Positions 51,978-61,900 of a DNA stretch of 64,000 bases are shown one piece after another. The stretch's first letter is position 1. Every line of letters starts with the position of its first letter. A program made the translations under genes and the position numbers. The DNA comes from Andalucia godoyi And28 (lineage: Eukaryota > Protista > Jakobida): positions 303,923 to 367,922 of the forward strand of contig VRVR01000018.1 in NCBI GenBank assembly GCA_009859145.1. Direction: 5' to 3'. The notes under the pieces are model-generated. The model was not told the origin of the DNA. It saw only the letters and a list, made by a program, of their open reading frames with translations, and did not search any database.

Positions 51978-51998
51978 CCCCCCCCCCCCCCCCCCCCC
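51978..51998. repeat. C21 homopolymer
   Basis: Direct reading of the sequence. Confidence 0.95.
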
Positions 51999-52413
51999 AA
52001 ACCATAAAAAAACACTTGGCTTGGATGTGTCTTTGGTGACAGCTTAGCCGACGATCCATAATGATTCATGTCTTTGACGAGCGGTGTTGATGCTGACATT
52101 TGTACATTGATCATGATATATATCACTGCTAACCATCCATATTCAATCTTGCACCCGAATCGAATATAAATTCAATTCAGCAGGCCCCAGGACGCCGAGG
52201 CGTTTTTCAAGTTGACATTGCGCGCATCACTCCAATCTCGATCCAGACATGCTGATCGCCGGACAAGACCGGCATCCGGAATGGCGATTGCTGCAATAGG
52301 CTGACAAGTCGAGGATGGGGGATATTTCTTGAAAACGGAATACAGCTTGCGCATGCACGCAGGACGGTGGATGTCAAGGCTCACTTTTGCTTGCCAATGG
52401 CTCTGCACACAAT

Positions 52414-55400
52414 CTACAACAAACCGAAGCAGACGATAGAAAACTCCACGTTGACACTGGACCAATCATACCATCCGTAGCTGGAATGCAGCATTCCGGC
52501 ATACATCTCTGTTGCAGTCTGGACTCGGACATTGATCGACAATCCTGCAGCATAGAATCCCGCCAAGCTGCAGACACAGCTGGGCACTTTCGAGTATGGA
52601 GCACCGAAATTGAATTGCAGCTGATACGACGACTGACCAGCAAAGACAAAATTGTATACAGAATACGTCACGAGAGAACCACCATTCCATCGGCCGCGAA
52701 ACACGGAGCTTCGGAAGAAGGACGACGCTTGGGAACCGTCTCCAAGGGAGGGAACAATCGAGAGCGGATACAGGTTTTGAAAGTACAGTGAGCCTTGAGC
52801 AAACATGTCTCCTTCAAAGCGGGAACTGCCTGCGACGTGCAACGAAGCTGTTGGACTTTGTGTGTTGATTCCAATTCTTACATCGGAAGTCACGCCCAGA
52901 ATCGTCAACGCAGACGCAAACTGGAGACTGCCGATCTTGCTTCCAATGGCGAACCGGACACCATTCGGTCCGTTGTACTGCTGCATCCGCAAATACGAAG
53001 AGTCTACCAGTACGCGCGACACAGATCCTCCATCGACGTACACGAGCCCGCGATCTTCGACGGTCGAGTCCTGCATTACATTTGCAGCCCCATTGACATG
53101 AAACTGCGCAGACGGTAAAGATGAATATGGAAATCCGATACCCACAACAGAAGATGGATACAGGAGGAATACGGATGTATACATTTGGAGAATCTTCGAG
53201 ATCTGGAGCCGCAGAAAGCTATCCGTAGAGGATATGAGAAACGAAGCGCCGTTGGAAGCATGAGAAAAGAACTGATTTGCAATGGCCGCATCATGAACAA
53301 CCACGGTCTGATCAGAAATGAGCATTCCTTGAACGGTTCCCTTGCCATTGATCTCCAAATTGAAATTTGGAAACAGAGTCCCGATGCCTACCAGTCCTGA
53401 TGATCCCAAAAAGAAATCAGGACGGGATGCTCCGAATGTATTCGCAGTGAATACTGTGTTCCGCGATTGCTGCTCGAACACAAAGGAGTCATATTGGGCA
53501 CCAGATCCAGCAATGTACGACACTGAAGTTCGCAGCAGTCTATACTCTTGTCCACTCGATGGTAGGAACAGCAGACAGGTTGGATCAGACGCAGTTATCT
53601 TGGAAAAGTACACTCCATTATCCACATCCACATCCGCAAAAATCTTCATGGCCCCAAAAACATCAAGTTGAGCGGTAGGAGGCGCTCCGGATCCCTTGAC
53701 GGCGACATATCCGCTGGGATACACAGAGAGTACTTCTGTACCTCCCGAGAAAAAGGAGATACACCCTGATGTACCAGTGTTTGTATTTCGTTTCTCGAAG
53801 AAGACGTCTCCGGAAGTGGATTGCGTGTGAATGATCCGAAATCCGGTTTCGGACGGAAAGGCATCCAATAGTACTCGTCCGTTAGTGGAATTTTGGAAAC
53901 TGACCGCTCCAAACAACGAAACCTCGGGCTGAAAGCTGGAGATACCGTGAAACGCAATCGGAGCTGACATCGATGTCTGGGTCAGGGGACCAGAAACGGA
54001 GACAGATCCTTGCGATGAGAGCAGCAAACTCGGAATTGAAGCAGGGTCGGAAGACACGAAGGCATGCCCACCGTTCAACATGTGATTGTCGAACAGTATA
54101 TTTCTGGCGGAATCTGTCGACACCGCAAGACTGAAAGATCTCGTGGAAATCAGTGGTCCACCACAGAGACTACATGCAGCAGCGGATCTTACGTCCACAG
54201 TCGATTTTGCATAGAATACGGACTCCGAGCCCCTGACTTGCAGCGATCCAGCAACTGCGAAGTCATGCACTGTCCACGAGGATGGCGCCGCCGTATTGCC
54301 AATAAAAACGGACCCGTTGGCTGCCGACATTCGTAAAGTGTTTCCATACAGCAAGGAAGTGCCATCCACATTGATCTTGGCATTGTTGAGGAACACGGCT
54401 GATGCAATAGTCAATTTCCGCGAAGCAGTCAACGAAGTTCCGCCAAACGAAACTTCTCCTTCTTCGGATATAGTCATGGGAGCCGAGTAGAAAGCGCGAG
54501 GAGAAGAGCAAAAGGACCATAGGCTTGAAACATTGAGGCAATCGGAGCTGAACACAATGGACGATATGTTCAACCGAATGGTTGTCGAGGACAGCTGAAC
54601 ATCGTTGGAGTTCAGCGTCACGAAATGAGATGAAGACATTGAAACAGACAGCTGTCCGTGTACGGTGGAGATGCCACGTATGTCTACGCGAAACTCCGCA
54701 GTTAAACTCCCCCCTGTGAGATTCACGGAGCCGCTAACGACATTCGGAGCACTATTGCTGAACGACCCGGATGAGTTTAGTGAATGCATTGTGATGCCCC
54801 GTAAGACGTCTGCCGAGCCGTACAAAAACGAATTATTCAGCAGCGTCACGCTTCCCGAAGAAGACAGTGACGCATTTCCGAATACGGAACCATGAATAAA
54901 TGCATTCGGAGCAACGGCAATTCTGCTTTTCGTCTGCAGATCTCCCGCTACGATCCCACGCTCTTCGGCCAAAAGATTCGTTTTTAACATCACGGAAACG
55001 GTGGCCAAAGACGAAGTGGACAAATCGCCAGGAGAGAGTACACGAGATTGCACGGATGTGAGATTTCCCGCAGCAAGGACTGTACCAACACTAACACTGC
55101 TGTGCAAACTTGAGAGAGAAGACACGAATAAGGAGCCAACATGAGCTCTGTTAGCGTACTCGACGGATCTGGATATATTAAGAAATGGAGACAACAGCTG
55201 GTTCGTCCAGCTGCTGCAGTTCATCGAGGATGTGCAAATTGCCACGGGACCATCAGCGATGTTGAAAGAATCCAAGAAAGAAACGACAGAAGCAGCGATG
55301 TTACCTTGCTGAGCAAAAAGCTCGTCAGCCATTACATCGCCGTGAACGGACAGCAATGTTCCCACAGACACCATCGCATGGGAAACAAGCACTTGAGACC

Positions 55401-57765
55401 CAAATGTACCGCTGATGACGGCCTCGCCTGTCACAAACACGCTAGATGGCCCCACGACACTTGAGCACAGAAGCGGTGGTGAAATGCTCAACGTGGATGC
55501 AGATATATTGGAGGAAACGGTCAAGGACTGGGTAGACAAATATCCGCATGTAGTTGATCCACTGACACTTAGAGAGCCAATGCTGGCGTTCACGATCGAA
55601 AGACGAAAGTCTGTGTTTAATTCCATGCCAGTCGAAAAAGCAAAGTTTTGTGCTGCAAGAACTGCAGAGCCTCCGGCACAAGTAACGTCTCCGAAGGTTG
55701 CGATTCCTGAAACGTGCCCAACGTGCACAGACATGTTGGCAGTCTGCAGTGTCGAAACCACAGAACGCACTGACCCATCTAAGATAAGGGTGTCAGTGGA
55801 AGTGTCAGAAGCGACGGTATTCGTACCTCTCGCGACAAAAGTATGAGAAACAACTGCCCCTCTGACCACGATGCCAGAAGCTCCAACCGAGGAACTTACC
55901 GAAACAGCACCACCCACTTGGGTTGCAAAGGAAAGCACGTGTGCGGCCGACATGTTTGCAGTGCCGTAAAGAAACAGAGAAGAAAGCGCCCGAATCTCGA
56001 GGAAGCCGTACGAATGGAGGAGAATGTTGTTGCGAAGTGTAAAGTTGGCGACAGACATGACGGACAAGTGAGAAGAATTCACATTGTGAATCAGTGCTTT
56101 GTGTATCCACAATGCACTTGTCGCATTTGGTGCCAGCTGGCCCAAGGAAACGAAGAAACAAGAGCGAAGGACCGATATGTTGTGAGAAACAGACAGTGAT
56201 GAAGATCGCATCAAGTCCGCAGAAGTGTTGCTTGTTATAGACATTTGTCCAGAACCCGACAAAATCATTAAATTCAGATTCTGACAGCTGACGTTCCCCA
56301 AAACGAGGATGTCTGTGAACAAACAACTGCTACACTGAGAATGCACAGATCCGGAAGTTCCCACATGATCTGCAACCCGCAAGTTGGAAAATGTATTGGG
56401 TATGGTGGACGCATTGAATACGGCGCTGCCCTGCACCACAAGACTGCATGCGGTGTTGGAAGAAGCCCCCGAGATCATAAATTTCTCGGAAGTCAAAGAA
56501 GAGGCTGAAAAAAGACTGCATGAAATTGAAGCGCTCTCTGTGGCAGCGAGGACATCAATATCTGTTCGATTCGCGCTTCGCGCATCTAAAAAAGACAAAC
56601 TGTCAGAACGATCTATGAACAGAAACGACGCAGATAAATTGGAAAAAACTTGCAAATGCTGAAGCTGAGACGGAAACTTCGGAGACGGGCTCGAAGCCAC
56701 AGCCAGGAAGGGTGTAGTCAACTGGCCAATAACGAGCATGGAATGCGATGCGAAAAAGGAAGTGCACGTCAAGGACCCGCCGTCAAAGGAAGAAGAATTT
56801 GTCAGCACGTCGCGAGAAATGGCGGTAGAAGATGCAACGCTTGTTTCATTGGAAAGAAAGACGAACGCAGTGGCACAAAACTCGTCGGCAATGAGTGACA
56901 AGCTGGAGATGTTGCCTGTGATTGAAATATTCCCAGTACGCACATCTGCATCTGTTAGCTCCAGGCTTTCCAAGCTGGATGTCGAACCTACCACGAGCGA
57001 TTCTGAAATGTTGAAAACCGATGAATTCGCGAACATGTCTCCACCAACAGTGACGTTGCCCAGCGACACGTCCTTTGAAACCTCCAAACATTGATTCACG
57101 ATCACGTGTGAGGCAGTAACATTCGCATCACCATTCCAAGAGCGCGCATACCATGGTCCATCGGAATGACCATCACGAACACGCATGTCATTCGCAATTG
57201 TTAGTGTCGTCTCTCCACGAACTGACAAACTGCGGATGCATGCACTCTCAACAGACGACGCAAACGTGGTGAACTGGCCACGAACCTCGCTGGATATCGC
57301 AAGGACTGCATCGTTGAACACAAACAAGTCCCCGCCAATCGTCCCCACCGGTACGGCGAAGTGGGTACCAAGCGAATTCACAATATTCAAGTTGGTCAGC
57401 GACATAGCACCAGCGTTAATGTCGCCGGATAACAAGGCCGAGGACGCGGCAAGGCGATGCAACTCTGTATTCCCATCAATGGAAAGAGATCCATAAGTAT
57501 CAAACGTGTCGGACACGAATCGTCCACCAACTCGAGCACCATCCGTTGAAAGCACACTGCGGATTTCCAAGCTGCGAAACGACGCCGGGCCAAGAGAATT
57601 CAGATCGTTTGCAATAGTATGCCCTGAAACAGAGACGTCACTATTCCATTCCTTTTGCACAAGTACATACAAACAAACGAAGCTGGCGCAGACGATTAGC
57701 AACAGCAAAACCGAAAGCACGCTGACCAGTCGACGAAATCGTTTGTGCCAGTTGACCAGCCGCAT
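52414..57765 (-). CDS. Type II membrane protein with long beta-rich stalk, four VGIG(T)-P-L-V-G tail-fibre-type repeats and a tail-fibre-like C-terminal tip (1783 aa)
   Basis: ATG at 57765, then basic HKRFRR and one TM (LVSVLSVLLLLIVCASFVCLYVLV). About 1250 aa Ser/Val/Gly-rich stalk. Repeats VAVKGSGAPPTAQLDVFG, VGIGTLFPNFNLEING, VGIGFPYSSLPSAQFHVNG, IGINTQSPTASLHVAG. Terminal YQLQFNFGAPYSKVPSCVCS...FSIVCFG. Confidence 0.8.
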   Translation of the reverse strand: MRLVNWHKRFRRLVSVLSVLLLLIVCASFVCLYVLVQKEWNSDVSVSGHTIANDLNSLGPASFRSLEIRSVLSTDGARVGGRFVSDTFDTYGSLSIDGNTELHRLAASSALLSGDINAGAMSLTNLNIVNSLGTHFAVPVGTIGGDLFVFNDAVLAISSEVRGQFTTFASSVESACIRSLSVRGETTLTIANDMRVRDGHSDGPWYARSWNGDANVTASHVIVNQCLEVSKDVSLGNVTVGGDMFANSSVFNISESLVVGSTSSLESLELTDADVRTGNISITGNISSLSLIADEFCATAFVFLSNETSVASSTAISRDVLTNSSSFDGGSLTCTSFFASHSMLVIGQLTTPFLAVASSPSPKFPSQLQHLQVFSNLSASFLFIDRSDSLSFLDARSANRTDIDVLAATESASISCSLFSASSLTSEKFMISGASSNTACSLVVQGSAVFNASTIPNTFSNLRVADHVGTSGSVHSQCSSCLFTDILVLGNVSCQNLNLMILSGSGQMSITSNTSADLMRSSSLSVSHNISVLRSCFFVSLGQLAPNATSALWIHKALIHNVNSSHLSVMSVANFTLRNNILLHSYGFLEIRALSSLFLYGTANMSAAHVLSFATQVGGAVSVSSSVGASGIVVRGAVVSHTFVARGTNTVASDTSTDTLILDGSVRSVVSTLQTANMSVHVGHVSGIATFGDVTCAGGSAVLAAQNFAFSTGMELNTDFRLSIVNASIGSLSVSGSTTCGYLSTQSLTVSSNISASTLSISPPLLCSSVVGPSSVFVTGEAVISGTFGSQVLVSHAMVSVGTLLSVHGDVMADELFAQQGNIAASVVSFLDSFNIADGPVAICTSSMNCSSWTNQLLSPFLNISRSVEYANRAHVGSLFVSSLSSLHSSVSVGTVLAAGNLTSVQSRVLSPGDLSTSSLATVSVMLKTNLLAEERGIVAGDLQTKSRIAVAPNAFIHGSVFGNASLSSSGSVTLLNNSFLYGSADVLRGITMHSLNSSGSFSNSAPNVVSGSVNLTGGSLTAEFRVDIRGISTVHGQLSVSMSSSHFVTLNSNDVQLSSTTIRLNISSIVFSSDCLNVSSLWSFCSSPRAFYSAPMTISEEGEVSFGGTSLTASRKLTIASAVFLNNAKINVDGTSLLYGNTLRMSAANGSVFIGNTAAPSSWTVHDFAVAGSLQVRGSESVFYAKSTVDVRSAAACSLCGGPLISTRSFSLAVSTDSARNILFDNHMLNGGHAFVSSDPASIPSLLLSSQGSVSVSGPLTQTSMSAPIAFHGISSFQPEVSLFGAVSFQNSTNGRVLLDAFPSETGFRIIHTQSTSGDVFFEKRNTNTGTSGCISFFSGGTEVLSVYPSGYVAVKGSGAPPTAQLDVFGAMKIFADVDVDNGVYFSKITASDPTCLLFLPSSGQEYRLLRTSVSYIAGSGAQYDSFVFEQQSRNTVFTANTFGASRPDFFLGSSGLVGIGTLFPNFNLEINGKGTVQGMLISDQTVVVHDAAIANQFFSHASNGASFLISSTDSFLRLQISKILQMYTSVFLLYPSSVVGIGFPYSSLPSAQFHVNGAANVMQDSTVEDRGLVYVDGGSVSRVLVDSSYLRMQQYNGPNGVRFAIGSKIGSLQFASALTILGVTSDVRIGINTQSPTASLHVAGSSRFEGDMFAQGSLYFQNLYPLSIVPSLGDGSQASSFFRSSVFRGRWNGGSLVTYSVYNFVFAGQSSYQLQFNFGAPYSKVPSCVCSLAGFYAAGLSINVRVQTATEMYAGMLHSSYGWYDWSSVNVEFSIVCFGLL

Positions 57766-58064
57766 CAGAGAACGCAAACACACACACACACACACACCAA
57801 GAAATGCGGTTCCTGGTTGGAATGACTTGTAACAGACCACCAGACCAATAGAAGGGGATTATGATTCCTGCCGATGCAAACCTATTTTTTTGATGATCGC
57901 AACACGAAAACGCTTTCTTCTAAAACGGCGTGATGTTGTCGAAACTCGAAAAGCAGCAGGGTGACAAAACGCTGGGATATGTTGCTTGCACCAACCTATC
58001 CTTCGCAATCAACGAGCACCGACTTTGTTTGCGTGCATTGTTCTGGGGCACAAACTTGTCCGTT

Positions 58065-58069
58065 TCTCT

Positions 58070-58157
<88 letters not shown>
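58065..58157. repeat. Compound microsatellite (TC)n-(TG)26-(TC)12-(TG)n
   Basis: Direct reading of the sequence. Confidence 0.95.
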
Positions 58158-58915
58158 AGCACACGCCATTGCCAATCAACAATCAATACAATATCCGCTC
58201 GACTGAAAACAGAGAATGAAGGATCGAGAGAGAGAATGAACAAGGGGATTAAAAATGCGGAATGGCTCAAATGAAACTCGTTGAAATCCCTAGTTTCCTG
58301 GTTCCCAAAGTCCAAACGGTTTCTAATGAATGCATTAATTAATCCATTCGAGAGCTCTGACGAAAGAACAAGTTGTTTCTGTTTTGGGGTGCGGACACCC
58401 ACGAATGTCCCACTCAAAAAGAGAAACTCGTGTGATGCGCTGATGCGGATTGTAAAAGTCACTTTACGCCAAATAATCTGTTTTTGATGCACAGCATGCG
58501 AGACAAATGTTTGGGAGAGGTTTTGGGTTGGAAGGTAATTCCCTAGAACAAACCCACAACAACGCTCGAGTATGCTGGGGAATCGAGTTCCGTGAGCCGT
58601 CGTACATAACCAGTGAGTGTAACCGGAGGAGGCAAAAAAAAAAAAAGAGAGAAACTTCGGCCGCACGCGGGGTTTGGAGACAGTGAATGTTTGAGAAAGC
58701 CGACTTTCGCGTGACAAACGAGAATCTTCTATTGAGAATATATCTCATTATGTTTGTTTATTTATTTTATTTTTTGTTATTGCTATCATCATTATCATTA
58801 CCACTGGCATTATCACTGATATTTACATTCATATTGTTGTTGTTATTGCTATTGCTGTGTGTGGATCGGTCTGGGTGTTCGATTTCTGAAAGGCGAGCTG
58901 TGTGTTCCTCGGCGA

Positions 58916-61900
58916 ATGATACCCAGTTTGGTTCTTTCCCTGGTGCTGGTGTTGCTTCTTCCTTCGGTGTCTCTTCTACTGGTGAGCGGCACGGAACCAA
59001 ATGTTGTCTTCGACGGGAAAATAGGATTGCTTCCTCGAGCGGTCGTGGAGCAGGTTTCTCGAGATGTGTTTGGACAGTCTCTGCAGCGAGTGGATGATTC
59101 TAGTTTCGTGCTGCAGGCGACTGTCGGAAACGCGAGTTGGTGGGCCGAACTGGAGCCGAGGCTGCAGCCAACGGTGTTTTTGATGTTGAAGGACAGTATT
59201 CTTGGCTTTGCTGGAGGCTTGATTTTCCAGTTCCAACGAGATTCGTTTGAAGATTCAACCGCATTTGCAGAGACAATGCCAGCAAACGAGGGAGTTGCAT
59301 TGATGAATGTTGCAGGCGATGTTGCAGGAGAGGCTCTTGATACGGAAGTGGAGCTCGCTGTATACAGACCTCAACCGAGGGAGACGTCTCTTGATCAAAT
59401 CATTGCCAGAAGCCAGCATTCACTGAGGCAACGCATGCGGAACCGAGTGCATTACAGCCACGAATTGCATCACGGGCACCGAATGCATCATAGACACACG
59501 CGGGAATTTGAAGTACAGAAACTTTTGCTTGCGAATGAAGGCGTCGACAAGACTGCTTCGGACGCTTTCAACGTTCGCTCGTATGCCCCAGACTGTGCAG
59601 TGCTTGCAGATTTATATTTGAGTACCAATGGATCCAACTGGCAGCCGATCAACTGGGGACAGTCTTTGCCCGAGGAGTTCTTGTCCTCGTGTTGCTCTCT
59701 GCCGCTCTACGGTTATGCATGTGATTCATCCGGAAGGGTTGCAGCTTTGGATTTAAGTGCGAATCAGCTGATAGGATCGATTCCACCGTCGCTCGGCAAC
59801 CTGTCGCATCTTCAATTCCTCGATTTGTTCTCCAACCAGTTGACCGGATCGATTCCAAGTTTGGGATTGCAGCTTCAATTCTTGATTCTGTCTTCGAACA
59901 GGCTGGAAGGGTCGATTCCGGAATCTCTTGGCAACCTAGTGCTGCTGCAGTACTTGGATCTGGACTCAAATGAACTGTCCGGGACGATACCTGACTCTCT
60001 TGGGAGACTAACGGAGCTCGTGTATTTGGATCTGGATTCCAACAACCTTGATGGTTCGATTCCGCCATCTCTGGGCAACCTCCGGAAGCTTCAGCAATTG
60101 TACCTCTTTTCAAACCAATTGACTGGGCCAATTCCGGATACATTTGGAAATCTAACACAGCTTCAAATTTTATATCTATTTTCCAACCAGTTGAGCGGTT
60201 CGATTCCCATATCCCTGGGCAACCTGCAAGAAATTCAGGAACTGTATCTCTTTTCAAACCAATTGACTGGATCAATTCCGGATACATTTGGAAATCTGAC
60301 ACAGCTTCAAGATTTGTACCTCTTCGCCAACCAGTTGACCGGCTCGATTCCAGCGTCTCTGGGAAATTTGACAATGCTGGAGGCTTTCCTGCTGAACAAC
60401 AACGAACTTTCTGGAGAACTGAGCTGCGGATCTCTGGGCCCAAGTTTGACGACCCTGAATCTGCAAGGAAATGCTCTCGTTGGACCCATCCCGTCATGTT
60501 TTTGTAGTCAGAATGGCTTGCAGTTCGCGTTTTTGGGTAACAACAATTTTACTTCGTTCCCTAACTGCTCGTTGTCCTCTGTAATTTTATTGGATCTTTC
60601 CAGCAACCGAATTTCGTCATTTCCTTTCTCCATGATATCCGGGTTCTCCGGGTTGGTTACTTTGGATCTAAGTTACAATCAGTTTACGGGAAAGTTCCCC
60701 TTGAATGTTTTCGTCGGTCGCTCAGCTCTTCGATCGCTCTCACTTGCGTACAATATGTTCGTTGACAATTTTCCATTGTACTTATGCAACTATGTTTCAG
60801 ACACTGGAATCGTCATGAACACTGAGTCAAAGCTGAAAACCATCGATCTTTCTGGAAACACAATTACTGGAGTTCCCGGAATCATGGACTACAGCAATGT
60901 CAATTGTGAAATCTGCAGCAATTTCTTGTATTACTCATTGACAACGCTGAACATGAGGGATACTAAAATGCCAGCGCTGTTCAGTCCGTTCTCGTACGAG
61001 GTGAACGGTACCAGTGTCTGTTCCATTCAGACGCTGTCATTCTTTGAGGTACTGCCATTCCTCAGTGGCCTGTCGGCTCTGGATGTCTCGTCGAACGATC
61101 TGGTCGTGGATCTTGATTTCGTGGTTGCCCTTCCTTTGTTATCGTCATTTGATATCAGAAAAAATCCGAATGCGCGTAAGTCATTGTTGTCGTACACAAA
61201 CCAGCAGCGATTCCTTTTCGATGCGAAGACCAATTATCCCTTCAGCACAAGCATGTCGTGTGTGCAATTCACAGTGGGTAAGCTGTCATTTGAAGCAGAT
61301 CCAGTGTTTTTTGACTATGAAAATTGTGTTTGTCGTCCTGGATTCTACGGCAAACCCCCGGGCTGCTTGCCTTGCTTTCCCAATGCCGATTGCTCGTTCC
61401 AAAGCGAATCTGATATTTCCTTCCGTAATCTTTCGATGGCATTCAGAGAAAGCGGCAACATTATTGCCCAACCTGGCTATTATGCATCTCCTTCTGTCAC
61501 ATTTGCAGAAATGATGAACAACCAGTCTTACCCAAAGTTGGTCGAAATCTGTTCGCACGCGGGAACGGATTTGACTCCGTGTCATGCCACGCGCTCCGGG
61601 GCGTGCAGATTGGGGTATGATGGACGACTGTGCTCCGCATGCTCCTCTGGCTATTTCCGAACTGGCGATCGCTGCGTGGAATGTCCAGACACTGTCGGGC
61701 TTGTTTTCTTTGCCATCTTTTTCTTCTTTGCTATTTTCTTACTGTTCGCGTGGTCGTTCTTTGTTGGTTCTTCATCTTCCGGTCTTGTCAAGGTACTTGT
61801 GTTCTTCTGGCAAGCACTGTTCTTCATTCGCACACCTATGTCCTCTGGATTGTATATTTTCACACATGGAACGTCGACAGCGACTGCGCTCTCTGTTGCT

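Noticed and set aside
51745-52465. Short ORFs around the C21 tract
   Set aside because: Under 100 aa, no motifs, partly overlapping the fibre gene 3' end. The poly-C has no LTR or PPT context.
57920-58717. 265 aa minus-strand ORF between the fibre and LRR genes
   Set aside because: It reads through a compound microsatellite and has no domain signal; more likely a divergent promoter region.
59938-60400. Regularly spaced 72 nt repeats as a CRISPR-like array
   Set aside because: They are in-frame LRR codon repeats within a eukaryotic CDS. There are no unique spacers or cas genes.
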